Origin: SAR202 cluster bacterium
GTDB lineage: Bacteria > Chloroflexota > Dehalococcoidia > Lucifugimonadales > UBA6927
DNA: 64,000 nucleotides
Reading direction: 5' to 3'
Assembly (NCBI GenBank): GCA_022447855.1
Contig: JAKUTX010000004.1
Coordinates: 20,815-84,814 of the forward strand
In this document: positions 20,064 to 29,878 of the stretch, one piece after another
Numbering within the stretch: the first letter of the stretch is position 1
How the letters are laid out: each line of letters begins with the position of its first letter
Notes under the pieces: generated by a model
The model's database searches: none
Told to the model about the DNA's origin: nothing
The model's input: only the letters and a program-made list of their open reading frames with translations
Made by a program: the position numbers and the translations under genes

Positions 20064-20822
20064 ATGTCTGATACAAAAAAACCACTTATCGAGATTTCTA
20101 ATCTTCATGTATCTGTTGAAGAAACCGAAATACTTAAAGGCTTAAATTTAACTATTAACTCTGGAGAGGTTCATGCAATTATGGGACCTAATGGTTCAGG
20201 GAAAAGCACTTTAGCGAATGTTATTGCTGGACGTCCTGAATATGAAATTACCAATGGAAGTATTTCGTTTTGTAATCAAAACTTGTTGGAAATGGATCCA
20301 GAAACCAGAGCTAGAGAAGGACTATTTTTAGCATTTCAATATCCAGTAGAACTTCCAGGAGTCCGATCATGGCAATTTTTGAAATCTGCAGTTGATGCAA
20401 AACGTCAATTTTCTGGTGAATCGGAAATGAAAATACGAGAATTTGATTCTTTGTTAAGTCAGAAAATCAAAATTATGGAAGTTGATGAAGACCTAGTAAA
20501 AAGATCTGTCAATGAAGGATTTTCCGGGGGAGAAAAAAAACGTAACGAAATTCTACAAATGCTATTACTTGACCCAAAACTAGCATTACTAGACGAAACC
20601 GATTCTGGCCTTGATATTGATGCTCTTAAAATAGTATCTAACGGAGTAAACACATTTAGGTCATCTGACAAAGGTGTATTAATGGTTACACACTACCAAA
20701 GAATTCTTGATTATGTCACACCGGATTTTGTACACGTACTAATTGATGGTCAAATTGCTCTATCTGGGGACAACACTTTAGCTTTGGAACTCGAAAAACA
20801 CGGGTATGATTGGGTAAAATAA
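20064..20822 (+). CDS. sufC: Fe-S cluster assembly ATPase SufC
   Basis: Walker A GPNGSGKST, signature FSGGEKKRNEILQ, Walker B LALLDETDSGLD. Confidence 0.95.
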   Translation: MSDTKKPLIEISNLHVSVEETEILKGLNLTINSGEVHAIMGPNGSGKSTLANVIAGRPEYEITNGSISFCNQNLLEMDPETRAREGLFLAFQYPVELPGVRSWQFLKSAVDAKRQFSGESEMKIREFDSLLSQKIKIMEVDEDLVKRSVNEGFSGGEKKRNEILQMLLLDPKLALLDETDSGLDIDALKIVSNGVNTFRSSDKGVLMVTHYQRILDYVTPDFVHVLIDGQIALSGDNTLALELEKHGYDWVK

Positions 20823-20847
20823 CCCGATATTCTTGGTGAGTATTATT

Positions 20848-22224
20848 ATGGCAAATCTTTCAACACTTCAAAATTATTCTAAACAAATAAAAAACCTACA
20901 TTCTGAAAATGATCTAAATCCAATTTGGTTATCAAATGTACGCAATCAAGCAACAGAAAATTTATTAAAACTTGGATTCCCTACAGAAAGACGTGGAAAC
21001 GAAGAATGGAAATACACCAATATAAATCCACTAATTAATCAGGAATTTAACTTTGCCAGTCCACAATCTAATTTCGATCAAGAAAAAATTATCACCTCGA
21101 CTTCATGGCTACCTAATGCAACTAATCTGGTCATAGTCAATGGTAATTTCATTCCTGAAATATCTGACAAAATCACCAACGACGGTGCTATTTCCATACA
21201 AACAATCCAGTCAGCAATCAAATCTAAAAACCCTGCAGTTATTGATCACCTTTCAAAGCATGCCGGGACTGGTTTAGGATTGTCTACTACCGATTCAAAG
21301 CCTTCTGAATCTCACACTTATAGTCCTTTCACTGCTCTGAATACAGCCTGCATACAACAAGGTCTTATGGTCGAAGTGAAGCCTAATCATAGCGAAGAAA
21401 TACCAATAAACTTGATATTTGTTTCTACTAATGAATCAGAACCATTCTTAACACAACCAAGGTTATTATTAATTGTTGGAGAAAACAGTCATTCAACAAT
21501 AATTGAATCGTTTTGTTCTCTAGCTGACAATAATTATTTTACAAACTATGTTTCAGAAATAATACTGAATCGAAAATCCAGATTAAACCATTACAAGCTC
21601 ATAAATGAAAGTTTAAATGCATTTCATGTTGCTTCTCAAGTAACAAACCTTAAAAGCGACAGTCAATTGAATTCAACCACCTTAGAAAGAACTGTTTCCC
21701 TTGGTAGAAATGAGGTGTTAGTCCAATTAGATGGAGAAAATAGTTCATGTAATTTAAATGGTTTGTATACCACATCCGGATCCCAGCACATGGACAACTT
21801 CATAAATATTGACCATTTGAAGCCTCATACTACAAGCCGATTATCTTATAAAGGAATCCTTTCTGGGAATTCTAGGGCAGTATTTGGTGGTACTGTTTAT
21901 GTCCAACCTGGAGCAATAAAAACCGATTCATTACAATCTGATAAAAATTTACTCCTTTCGCCTGATGCCGAAGTTGATAGTAAACCAGCATTATTTATCT
22001 ATGCCGATGACGTGAAATGTGGACACGGAGCAACTGCAGGAAATATTGATAAAGATACTCTTTTCTATCTTCGTAGCAGGGGAATTGATTTGGAAACTGC
22101 AAGCAAATTATTAATATATGGGTTTGCTCGTGAAATCATCGATTCCATTGAATTTAAACCTCTACATGAATTAGTGGAAAAATTATTCCTAAACTCTATC
22201 CCAGACTACAAATTTGAATTTTAA
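20848..22224 (+). CDS. sufD: Fe-S cluster assembly protein SufD
   Basis: C-terminal SufB/D beta-helix region (PALFIYADDVKCGHGATAGNID, FYLRSRGI). ATG at 20848 preferred over the upstream alternative start at 20833. Confidence 0.9.
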   Translation: MANLSTLQNYSKQIKNLHSENDLNPIWLSNVRNQATENLLKLGFPTERRGNEEWKYTNINPLINQEFNFASPQSNFDQEKIITSTSWLPNATNLVIVNGNFIPEISDKITNDGAISIQTIQSAIKSKNPAVIDHLSKHAGTGLGLSTTDSKPSESHTYSPFTALNTACIQQGLMVEVKPNHSEEIPINLIFVSTNESEPFLTQPRLLLIVGENSHSTIIESFCSLADNNYFTNYVSEIILNRKSRLNHYKLINESLNAFHVASQVTNLKSDSQLNSTTLERTVSLGRNEVLVQLDGENSSCNLNGLYTTSGSQHMDNFINIDHLKPHTTSRLSYKGILSGNSRAVFGGTVYVQPGAIKTDSLQSDKNLLLSPDAEVDSKPALFIYADDVKCGHGATAGNIDKDTLFYLRSRGIDLETASKLLIYGFAREIIDSIEFKPLHELVEKLFLNSIPDYKFEF

Positions 22225-22233
22225 GGGTAAATA

Positions 22234-22689
22234 ATGTTCGATTTTCAAGATTTGTATCAAGAAGTGGTCATGGACCACAATCGTAGTCCCCGAAATTTTG
22301 GAGAGATGCATGACGCAACTCATTCATCCGAGGGGTTTAATCCTTTCTGTGGTGACCAGTTAACTTTGTACCTAAAGATTGAGTCCAATTTAATTTCAGA
22401 TGTCTCTTTTACAGGAACAGGATGTGCAATATCAAAAGCATCCGCATCAATGATGACCGACACTATTAAAGGACAGACCATTACTATTGCAAATTCAATT
22501 TTCGAAGAATTTCGTAAAATGCTTACTCAAACTAATAATAATCTTGAGTTAAATCTTGAATTATTGGGAGATCTAGAAATTTTATCAGGAATATCCCAAT
22601 TTCCTGCAAGGATTAAATGCGGAATTTTGGCTTGGCATACTTTGCAATCGGCAATTCAAGGTCAAGATTCAACTGTTACTACTGAATGA
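22234..22689 (+). CDS. sufU: SUF-type Fe-S scaffold / sulfur-transfer protein SufU (copy 1)
   Basis: HNRSPRNFG, NPFCGDQ, GTGCAISKASASMMT and ARIKCGILAW. All three Cys plus Asp ligands are present. Confidence 0.85.
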   Translation: MFDFQDLYQEVVMDHNRSPRNFGEMHDATHSSEGFNPFCGDQLTLYLKIESNLISDVSFTGTGCAISKASASMMTDTIKGQTITIANSIFEEFRKMLTQTNNNLELNLELLGDLEILSGISQFPARIKCGILAWHTLQSAIQGQDSTVTTE

Positions 22690-22713
22690 AATTAATTCAT
22701 TAGGAGAAATCTT

Positions 22714-23148
22714 ATGATTCAAATTCCAATTCGTGTAGACTACGGAGTTCGAGCACTAGTAGATATTGCAACAAATGATCGCCAAGGGCCCGTAAAAACA
22801 TCTGATATCGCTAGTAGGACTAGCATCCCAGAATCTTATCTCGTGAGAATATTAAATACATTTAATAAATTGGAAATACTAGAATCCCGTAGGGGTAGAG
22901 GCGGGGGACATTTACTCAAAAAACCTGCAGAAAATCTTAGATTATCGCTGGTTTTAGAATCATTAGATTCTCTTTTCAGTCCCGTGTATTGCATAGATGA
23001 TCCTGAAAAATGTACTTTGTCTCCTTCATGTGCACAAAGGGACATTTGGATTGACGTACAAAAATCTGTTCATTCAGTATTATCTAATACTACCATCGCC
23101 GATTTAGTATCAAAAACATCCACAAAAAAAATAATAAATATTAATTAA
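22714..23148 (+). CDS. Rrf2 family transcriptional regulator (IscR/SufR-like, Cys-containing)
   Basis: N-terminal wHTH (VDYGVRALVDIA...SDIASRTSIPESYLVRIL) and a C-x6-C-x5-C cluster (CIDDPEKCTLSPSC). Confidence 0.85.
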   Translation: MIQIPIRVDYGVRALVDIATNDRQGPVKTSDIASRTSIPESYLVRILNTFNKLEILESRRGRGGGHLLKKPAENLRLSLVLESLDSLFSPVYCIDDPEKCTLSPSCAQRDIWIDVQKSVHSVLSNTTIADLVSKTSTKKIININ

Positions 23149-23161
23149 CGTTTGGAGAAAC

Positions 23162-24400
23162 ATGTTAAATCATAAAAAAATTACCTCAGACTTTCCTATC
23201 CTTAAAAGGACACTTTACGATAATAAGAGACTAATTTATCTCGATAATGCTTCCACATCACAAAAACCAAAACAAGTAATTAATTCATTAGTTGATTACT
23301 ATGAAAACACAAATTCGAATGTTCACAGAGGCGTCCACGCACTTAGTGTAGAAGCAACAGATGAATATGAACAAGCTAGACATAAAGTTGCTAATTTTAT
23401 TGGTGCCCCACAATCAGAATCAATTATCTGGACCAGAAACACAACAGAAGGAATTAACTTAGTTGCGCAAACATGGGGTCAGGCAAACATTTCAGAAGGT
23501 GACGAAATTGTAGTTACGGCCATGGAACATCATAGCAATTTAGTACCATGGCAAAAAGTGGCTTCTGACAAAAAAGCAACTTTGAAAATAATTCCGTTAA
23601 ATGAAGATCAAACTTTAGATTTAACTTCACTAGAAGAATTAATTAATCCTAGAACAAAATTAGTTTCAATAGTCCACATGTCCAATTCAATAGGCACAAT
23701 TAATCCAATCGAAAAAATTTCTGCCCAAGCAAAGAAAGTTGGCGCACATTTAATGATTGACGGAGCTCAAAGTGTTCCACACATGCCTGTTAATGTGGAA
23801 GCTTTGGATTGTGATTTCTTAGCCTTTTCTGGTCACAAAATGCTGGGACCAACAGGAATCGGAGTATTATATGTTAAGAAAGAAGTATTAGAAACAATGG
23901 ATCCATTTCTCAGAGGAGGTGAAATGGTATTAGAAGTCAATTATCAAAGCGCTACTTGGAATGATTTACCTATGAAATTCGAAGCTGGCACCCCTAACAT
24001 TGCTGATGCGATTGCTCTTGGAGTCGCAATTGACTATTTAACCGATATAGGTATGGATAATGTTCACACACATGAATTAGAATTAACAAAATATGCTCTA
24101 AACCAATTTAACAATCTAGATCAAGAACTTGAATTGTTAGGCCCAAGTGACCCCCGATTACGTGGCGGAATATTTTCCTTTCACCACCCCACTGTTCACC
24201 CTCACGACCTTGGCACATTATTAGATCGTCGTGGAATAGCTGTTCGCACTGGACACCATTGCACTATGCCGCTGATTAGAGAATTAGAGCTTTCTGCTAC
24301 TGCAAGGGCTAGTTTTTATATTTACAATAATGAACAAGACATCGATGAACTTTTTGAAGGATTGAAAGAATCCTTAGGTTATTTTTTAAATGCCCCCTAA
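23162..24400 (+). CDS. sufS: cysteine desulfurase SufS (class II)
   Basis: HHSNLVPWQ, PLP-lysine SGHKMLGPTGIG, and active-site RTGHHCTMP. Confidence 0.95.
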   Translation: MLNHKKITSDFPILKRTLYDNKRLIYLDNASTSQKPKQVINSLVDYYENTNSNVHRGVHALSVEATDEYEQARHKVANFIGAPQSESIIWTRNTTEGINLVAQTWGQANISEGDEIVVTAMEHHSNLVPWQKVASDKKATLKIIPLNEDQTLDLTSLEELINPRTKLVSIVHMSNSIGTINPIEKISAQAKKVGAHLMIDGAQSVPHMPVNVEALDCDFLAFSGHKMLGPTGIGVLYVKKEVLETMDPFLRGGEMVLEVNYQSATWNDLPMKFEAGTPNIADAIALGVAIDYLTDIGMDNVHTHELELTKYALNQFNNLDQELELLGPSDPRLRGGIFSFHHPTVHPHDLGTLLDRRGIAVRTGHHCTMPLIRELELSATARASFYIYNNEQDIDELFEGLKESLGYFLNAP

Positions 24401-24842
24401 GAATATCGACAATTTATATGACGAAATAATACTAGATCACTGTCGAAAACCCCGTAACGGAATCATTCTAAACAAAGTAGATATAGAGTCAACAGCAGTT
24501 AATCCTTTTTGTGGTGATGAAGTACAATTTCAATTCGAATTAATGAATTCAGATCATATTTCAAATATATTCCTTAACGCAATTGGCTGTTCGATAAATA
24601 AAGCATCTGCGTCAATTTTATCTGAAGCAATAAAAGGGAAATCTTTAAACGAAGTCGCTCAAATTTCTAAGAAATTTCGTATGGTCATGACTTCTGATGA
24701 CCATTCCAATAATCATCAATTGGACGGAGATCTAAAAGTACTTCTTTCAGTAAAAGAATTCCCTATCCGTATAAAATGTGCACTCCTGTCTTGTAATGCA
24801 ATAGATTCAGCACTTAAAAATAATTTTTCAACAGAAAATTAG
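24390..24842 (+). CDS. SufU-like protein (copy 2)
   Basis: HCRKPRNG, NPFCGDE, AIGCSINKASASILS and IRIKCALLSC. Overlaps the sufS 3' end by 11 nt. Clearly diverged from copy 1. Confidence 0.8.
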   Translation: MPPKNIDNLYDEIILDHCRKPRNGIILNKVDIESTAVNPFCGDEVQFQFELMNSDHISNIFLNAIGCSINKASASILSEAIKGKSLNEVAQISKKFRMVMTSDDHSNNHQLDGDLKVLLSVKEFPIRIKCALLSCNAIDSALKNNFSTEN

Positions 24843-26707
24843 TCAATCCAAGTTTTGGCCCAATAAAAATACTCGTACCCATTGGATACAGGCTCAAAAC
24901 CTCTAACATGATTCTTCCATGACCAAATATTAATACGTGTAAATGGAATAAATCTATGAGCTTCCTCCATACTTAATCTTTGAATCTCTTGAATTTGTTG
25001 TCTCCTTGAATCTGGGTCCATTAATCCTATCTGGGATTCAATAAGTTCATCAATTTTCGAATTTGTAATATTAGTCCCATTCCATATACCCTCGCTGTGT
25101 AAAACCCTCGTAAGAAACACATTTGGAAAGCTAGTCGGACCAGGAGGACCTATAAGCATTTCATACGCCCCTCCAATCCAAGCATCTTCAGCAAATTCTC
25201 GTCGATTTAAAATCTTAACTTGTACTAAAAATCCTGCGTCTAACAATTGAGATTCAATGATTTTCGAATATTCTATATAGGAGTCTCCAAAATCACCCAC
25301 AGAGATGGTAAATTCAATTGGGTCAGAACTTTGATAATCATTCAAAATTTGCTTTACTCCTTGTGGAGAATTAGTAAAAGATTTCAAAATTTCGTTTTGT
25401 AACATCCATTTATCTGAAATTAGTGGTATACCAACACTGGCAAAACTATCAACTGCGGTAATCTGTTTATTTACATTACTAGGATCAAGGGCATAAAAAA
25501 CTGCTCGTCGAATTTCAATATCTTGAAATATTTCAGAATTTGTATTTAACGCAATCTCTATACCTGAACCCATTTCATGTGATAACAGATAATCAGAATA
25601 AGGATCAAGAACTAAAAAATCTTCTATTTCACTTGCTTCCAACTTAATAACATCTAGTTCATCGGTGGCTACATAAGTTGCTATCCTTGCATCCGAATCT
25701 GGAATAACATTAATAATCAAAGAATCTAAAAACGGAAAATCTGGCTCAAAATAATCTTTATTTCTGGAAAATTTGTGCACAGAATCAACATTTGAAGATT
25801 CATAAATCCATGGCCCAGAACCGATAGTAGGACCATCCAAAATACCATCTATATTTTCAAATAATTTTGATGAGACAATTTTGGAACGTCCATCAGCAAG
25901 GTGCAACAAGAAATCCGAATCTGGAAATTGTGTAGATAAACGAATTTTCGATTGATCTATTACTTCAATCTCCGATAACGACCACAATGTTGGAGAGTTG
26001 TTTTGGTTTAATTCGGATATTCTTTTTAAACTGAAATCTACATCAGAAGTCGTTACATGTTGATCAACTAATGGAAAAATGTTTTGCCATTTTGCATCAT
26101 TCCTCAAAGTGAACACAAAAGTAGAAAAATCTTCCATCTCACATGATTCACACAAATCACATTCTGGAGACATATTACTGGCATCATCAGAGTTGAATCT
26201 CATCAATCTACTGTATACAATCCCAGGACCCCACAATGCTAAAGCAGGCGAAAATTCCATGTGTACATCTTGATGTTCGATATTCGAATTGGTAGCCAAA
26301 TTTAGTTTCCCACCGTAATTGATTTGTAGAACATTACCTATATCTTCAACTACTTTTTCAGTTTTTTTGACAATGGGTTTTGGTAGCGCAGTGGGAGAAA
26401 CAAGTTTTACAGACGAATCATCAATTTCAAATTTTGAATTCTCCTTATTAAATTTTTCAACTCCTGAAACTGGCGTCACATTAGATTCATCAGCATGGGA
26501 TGATTTATTGTTATAATCTTTGGGAATAGATTGTTCTGGAGTTAAATCAACAATTTTTTTTAGGTCTTGGTCTAACACAATGTCAGAAAACTGTTCCTCA
26601 GAGTCCTGAACATCATTACATGATAAAAATAATGCAACCAAACCGATTAACAAAAGAACATAGATAGTTTTATGAATACTGTTGTTATTAAAATAATACA
26701 TAATCAA
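24839..26707 (-). CDS. ABC transporter substrate-binding lipoprotein, family 5 (peptide/nickel type)
   Basis: Signal peptide with lipobox LFLSC, a ~100 aa acidic/low-complexity linker, then an SBP_bac_5-like body (GSGPWIYES; ~500 aa domain). No permease or ATPase genes are adjacent. Confidence 0.65.
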   Translation of the reverse strand: MIMYYFNNNSIHKTIYVLLLIGLVALFLSCNDVQDSEEQFSDIVLDQDLKKIVDLTPEQSIPKDYNNKSSHADESNVTPVSGVEKFNKENSKFEIDDSSVKLVSPTALPKPIVKKTEKVVEDIGNVLQINYGGKLNLATNSNIEHQDVHMEFSPALALWGPGIVYSRLMRFNSDDASNMSPECDLCESCEMEDFSTFVFTLRNDAKWQNIFPLVDQHVTTSDVDFSLKRISELNQNNSPTLWSLSEIEVIDQSKIRLSTQFPDSDFLLHLADGRSKIVSSKLFENIDGILDGPTIGSGPWIYESSNVDSVHKFSRNKDYFEPDFPFLDSLIINVIPDSDARIATYVATDELDVIKLEASEIEDFLVLDPYSDYLLSHEMGSGIEIALNTNSEIFQDIEIRRAVFYALDPSNVNKQITAVDSFASVGIPLISDKWMLQNEILKSFTNSPQGVKQILNDYQSSDPIEFTISVGDFGDSYIEYSKIIESQLLDAGFLVQVKILNRREFAEDAWIGGAYEMLIGPPGPTSFPNVFLTRVLHSEGIWNGTNITNSKIDELIESQIGLMDPDSRRQQIQEIQRLSMEEAHRFIPFTRINIWSWKNHVRGFEPVSNGYEYFYWAKTWID

Positions 26708-26781
26708 AATGAGTTAATATTTCATATAGTAGAAAACATTATTGATCGTAGCACATTTGCATTTCGTTTTTGGAGTAAAAC

Positions 26782-27576
26782 TTGTTAATAGACTGTCATG
26801 CTCATCTCGCTGATTATGAACCAACTGAAATCCCAAACATTTTGAACAGAGCTAAATCAGCTGGTGTAGGCGCAATTATATCTGCCGGCACAAATATTCA
26901 ATCATCATCAAGATGTATTGATTTAGCACTTAATTACCCATCAATTTTTGCCGGAATTGGTATTCATCCATCTGATGTAGAGAATGCGCTAACGGATTCA
27001 GAGATAAACAAATTATACGACTTTGCAAAGTCTAATGAAAAAGTTGTAGTCATGAGTGAAATTGGTTTGGACTTCCAAAGCCACTCTCCTGACCGAAAAA
27101 TACAATATGATGCTTTTAGACAACAAATCAGAATCGCTAGAGAACTTGATTTACCAATCGTTTTCCATAGTAGGAATGCACACTCTGAAACTTTCAGATT
27201 ACTAAAAGAGGAACGTGGGTATGAAGTAGGCGGAGTAATGCATTATTTCCAAGGTGATCTATCAATTGCCAAATCTGCTATTGATCTAGGATTCCATATC
27301 TCGATTGCAAAACCAATACTGAGACTCGAAGAATTACAAAAAACCGTTAAGAATTTACCTCTTAATTCTCTGGTAATTGAAACAGATTGTTACCCCCAAC
27401 CTTTCAAATCTAAAAGAACTTTATGGACTGAACCTAGACATTTAAAAGAAATAGTTGAAAAGCTCTCAGAACTAAAAAATGAAAATGCCCAAACCCTGGA
27501 AATAATACTTCAAAATAACATTTTTAATGTTCTAAGACCTAAAATTTGTAATGTAGTAAAAAAATTTGTCTTATGA
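26782..27576 (+). CDS. TatD family metal-dependent hydrolase
   Basis: LIDCHAHL, SEIGLDF and PIVFHSRNA motifs. TTG start preceded by GGAG. Confidence 0.9.
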   Translation: MLIDCHAHLADYEPTEIPNILNRAKSAGVGAIISAGTNIQSSSRCIDLALNYPSIFAGIGIHPSDVENALTDSEINKLYDFAKSNEKVVVMSEIGLDFQSHSPDRKIQYDAFRQQIRIARELDLPIVFHSRNAHSETFRLLKEERGYEVGGVMHYFQGDLSIAKSAIDLGFHISIAKPILRLEELQKTVKNLPLNSLVIETDCYPQPFKSKRTLWTEPRHLKEIVEKLSELKNENAQTLEIILQNNIFNVLRPKICNVVKKFVL

Positions 27577-27588
27577 AATTAAAATGAA

Positions 27589-28158
27589 TCAAGGATACAG
27601 AAAAAGTAATAAAATTGCCCCGGCAATGAACCACCCTGGAAGTGTTGAATTTAATGCTCTAATATTCCCACATTCGTGCAAGGTTCTTGTTCCAACAGTC
27701 GCTACTGCTAATACACATAGCCACACAAACATACAAATCATTTGCTCCCATTGAATAGAAAATGGTAAAAGCAACAATAAAACTAAAATCCCAGGAATAT
27801 AAGCATATCCAGTAGCACGTAATGTCAGTCGATATGTGACTTTTCTAGATAATTCTTTTTCCTTGACAAAATATAGCCTTATTCCCACAAAGTGAGTAAT
27901 AATTGACCACAGGACCCAACCAAGGAATGTACTTACAAAACAAAGAGCCGCATAATATGAGTGAGAAGTACCCTCTGAATTTAAAATTTGCTTTATATTC
28001 TCTGATGGATCAAAAATTACTGTGGCTACAATTGCCAATCCAGAAACCAGTACTATTGAGATAGATTTAATTAACCAAATTGGGTTGTCATTAATTTTAT
28101 TATAAAGCGTCGGCTTTAACATTAAGCACTGACATAATTCGAAAATGTATAACATCAA
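27589..28158 (-). CDS. integral membrane protein (about 5 TM segments; Yip1-like topology is only a guess)
   Basis: Several long hydrophobic segments. The ATG overlaps the stop of the upstream gene (ATGA), implying co-translation. Confidence 0.55.
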   Translation of the reverse strand: MMLYIFELCQCLMLKPTLYNKINDNPIWLIKSISIVLVSGLAIVATVIFDPSENIKQILNSEGTSHSYYAALCFVSTFLGWVLWSIITHFVGIRLYFVKEKELSRKVTYRLTLRATGYAYIPGILVLLLLLPFSIQWEQMICMFVWLCVLAVATVGTRTLHECGNIRALNSTLPGWFIAGAILLLFLYP

Positions 28159-28709
28159 GATTCCTTTGAGGAATTTCTTCGAGATGAATCCTTAATAATT
28201 ATCCTTTTCATCTCACTTTCAATCAACCTAAAATCTCTCGACGGTAACAAATGAACCAGTTCTATAAATGCTAATGGCCAATCTTCTGGGTACCAAAATT
28301 TTAAATAATCCAACCTAGGAGCAATCGCACTTGCATCAATAAATTCATCGTCTTTAAGAATCATCCTAGGTTGCAACTTAATACGATTAGGCCTTAATTC
28401 GCCTTCTGATTCAGACCCATATAAAGGGGACTCATCATGAAATATTTCACTTTTTATAGTCGCTGTTGCAGCCCAAGATTTGATACCTGACAAATAGAAT
28501 AAAATCCTATCATTCTCTCTAATTGATTGAGTCATTTGATCAAACCTATCTTGAAATCCAAAAACTTCAAAGTCTGAATCTTTAAGAATACGGAAATTCT
28601 CGAGGGTTTCTACAACCATCCAATATTTCAGATTACGATTATTTGATTTGTTATTTTTTGTATTCATTCTTTGGCAAATGATATCACAAGAGCAATAAAA
28701 CTTTGCCAT
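28155..28709 (-). CDS. PUA-like (EVE/ASCH-fold) domain protein, tentative
   Basis: The pattern YWMVVETLENFRI...FGF..R......I..NDRILFYLSG...W.A.A.I.S...HDESP...RPNRI.L resembles stand-alone EVE/PUA-like proteins. The start is uncertain because internal Met codons exist. Confidence 0.45.
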   Translation of the reverse strand: MAKFYCSCDIICQRMNTKNNKSNNRNLKYWMVVETLENFRILKDSDFEVFGFQDRFDQMTQSIRENDRILFYLSGIKSWAATATIKSEIFHDESPLYGSESEGELRPNRIKLQPRMILKDDEFIDASAIAPRLDYLKFWYPEDWPLAFIELVHLLPSRDFRLIESEMKRIIIKDSSRRNSSKES

Positions 28710-28838
28710 TTTTGAGAGTTCTTAATGTAATGAATATTGAAAAATCGAGGTACTAATGATAGATTTGCGGCGTAATTACATCAAAATTTTGAAAGATCAT
28801 TTTTCACAAATCAATATTTGTCAATTAGGCAAAAGTTT

Positions 28839-29873
28839 ATGACCAAAATAATTATATCAATATTAAGTGCTTCTATCTTTGCATCAGGGGGATGGCAATT
28901 AGGATCATATATCAGTGATGTTTGGTCCGCCGAAAATAAATTGCCTATAGTGATAGGGTTATCTCTTTTAGGAATCATAATTGGCGGATTATCTGGTCCA
29001 ATACTAATCATTAGAATTGCAAACAGAATCACTGTTTATACTCAAGAATTTGACACATCAAAACTGTTATCTATTTCGCTTGGAATATTAGTAGGCCTCT
29101 TTTTAGGGCTAGGTATTTCATTTCCTTTTATTCAAATCTCTGGATGGATAGGAGTAGGACTCCCTCTGTTCATCAGCCTGTTTTCAGCATACGTAGGTGG
29201 TTTCATTATGATGTCACCTAATAGAGATATCTTCCAACAATGGTTTAAAAACACCTCATCGAATCAACTATCCAATGAATATTTAATAGATACAAGCGCA
29301 ATAATAGATGGAAGATTTAGTGAATTATTAAAGAACAAATATATTTCTGGATCAATCATAGTTCCAAACTTCATTTTAAAAGAACTTCAAAGCATTGCTG
29401 ATTCTTCAAATATTCAAAAACGAGATCGTGGAAGAAAAGGATTAGAACTCCTGGATCAACTTCAGACAAATAATTCAGATGAAATTAAAATATTTCAGGG
29501 CAATGAAACCAATCTCTCTGGAGATGTGGACAATAAATTAGTAGAACTTGCACTGAACCTGATGTGTACTTTAATTACAACAGACTATAATCTCACACGC
29601 GTTGCCGAGCTTAGAGGAATAAACGTAATAAACATCCATAGCATGGCTTTCGCACTGAAACCAATCCTGTCAAATGGTGATAAAATCTCATTAGCCATTA
29701 CCCAAACAGGAACAGAATCAAATCAAGGAGTAGGTTATCTAAACGACGGTACTATGGTGGTTGTAGAGTCAGGAAAACAATTTCTCAATAAAAGTATTGA
29801 AGTAACAATCACCAGAATATTACAATCCCCTACTGGATGTATGATGTTCGCAACATTATATGAAAAACCATAA
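28839..29873 (+). CDS. yacL: PIN/TRAM domain membrane protein YacL
   Basis: Close motif match to B. subtilis YacL: DTSAIIDGR, VPNFILKELQSIADSS, RGRKGLELL, NQGVGYLNDGTMVVVE. N-terminal TM segments are present. Start is either the ATG at 28839 or the alternative start at 28818. Confidence 0.85.
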   Translation: MTKIIISILSASIFASGGWQLGSYISDVWSAENKLPIVIGLSLLGIIIGGLSGPILIIRIANRITVYTQEFDTSKLLSISLGILVGLFLGLGISFPFIQISGWIGVGLPLFISLFSAYVGGFIMMSPNRDIFQQWFKNTSSNQLSNEYLIDTSAIIDGRFSELLKNKYISGSIIVPNFILKELQSIADSSNIQKRDRGRKGLELLDQLQTNNSDEIKIFQGNETNLSGDVDNKLVELALNLMCTLITTDYNLTRVAELRGINVINIHSMAFALKPILSNGDKISLAITQTGTESNQGVGYLNDGTMVVVESGKQFLNKSIEVTITRILQSPTGCMMFATLYEKP

Positions 29874-29878
29874 CTCTC

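Noticed and set aside
27566-27754. 62-aa plus-strand ORF starting inside the tatD 3' end
   Set aside because: It overlaps the 3' end of the minus-strand membrane protein gene, which is coupled to its upstream partner. It has no RBS or motif.
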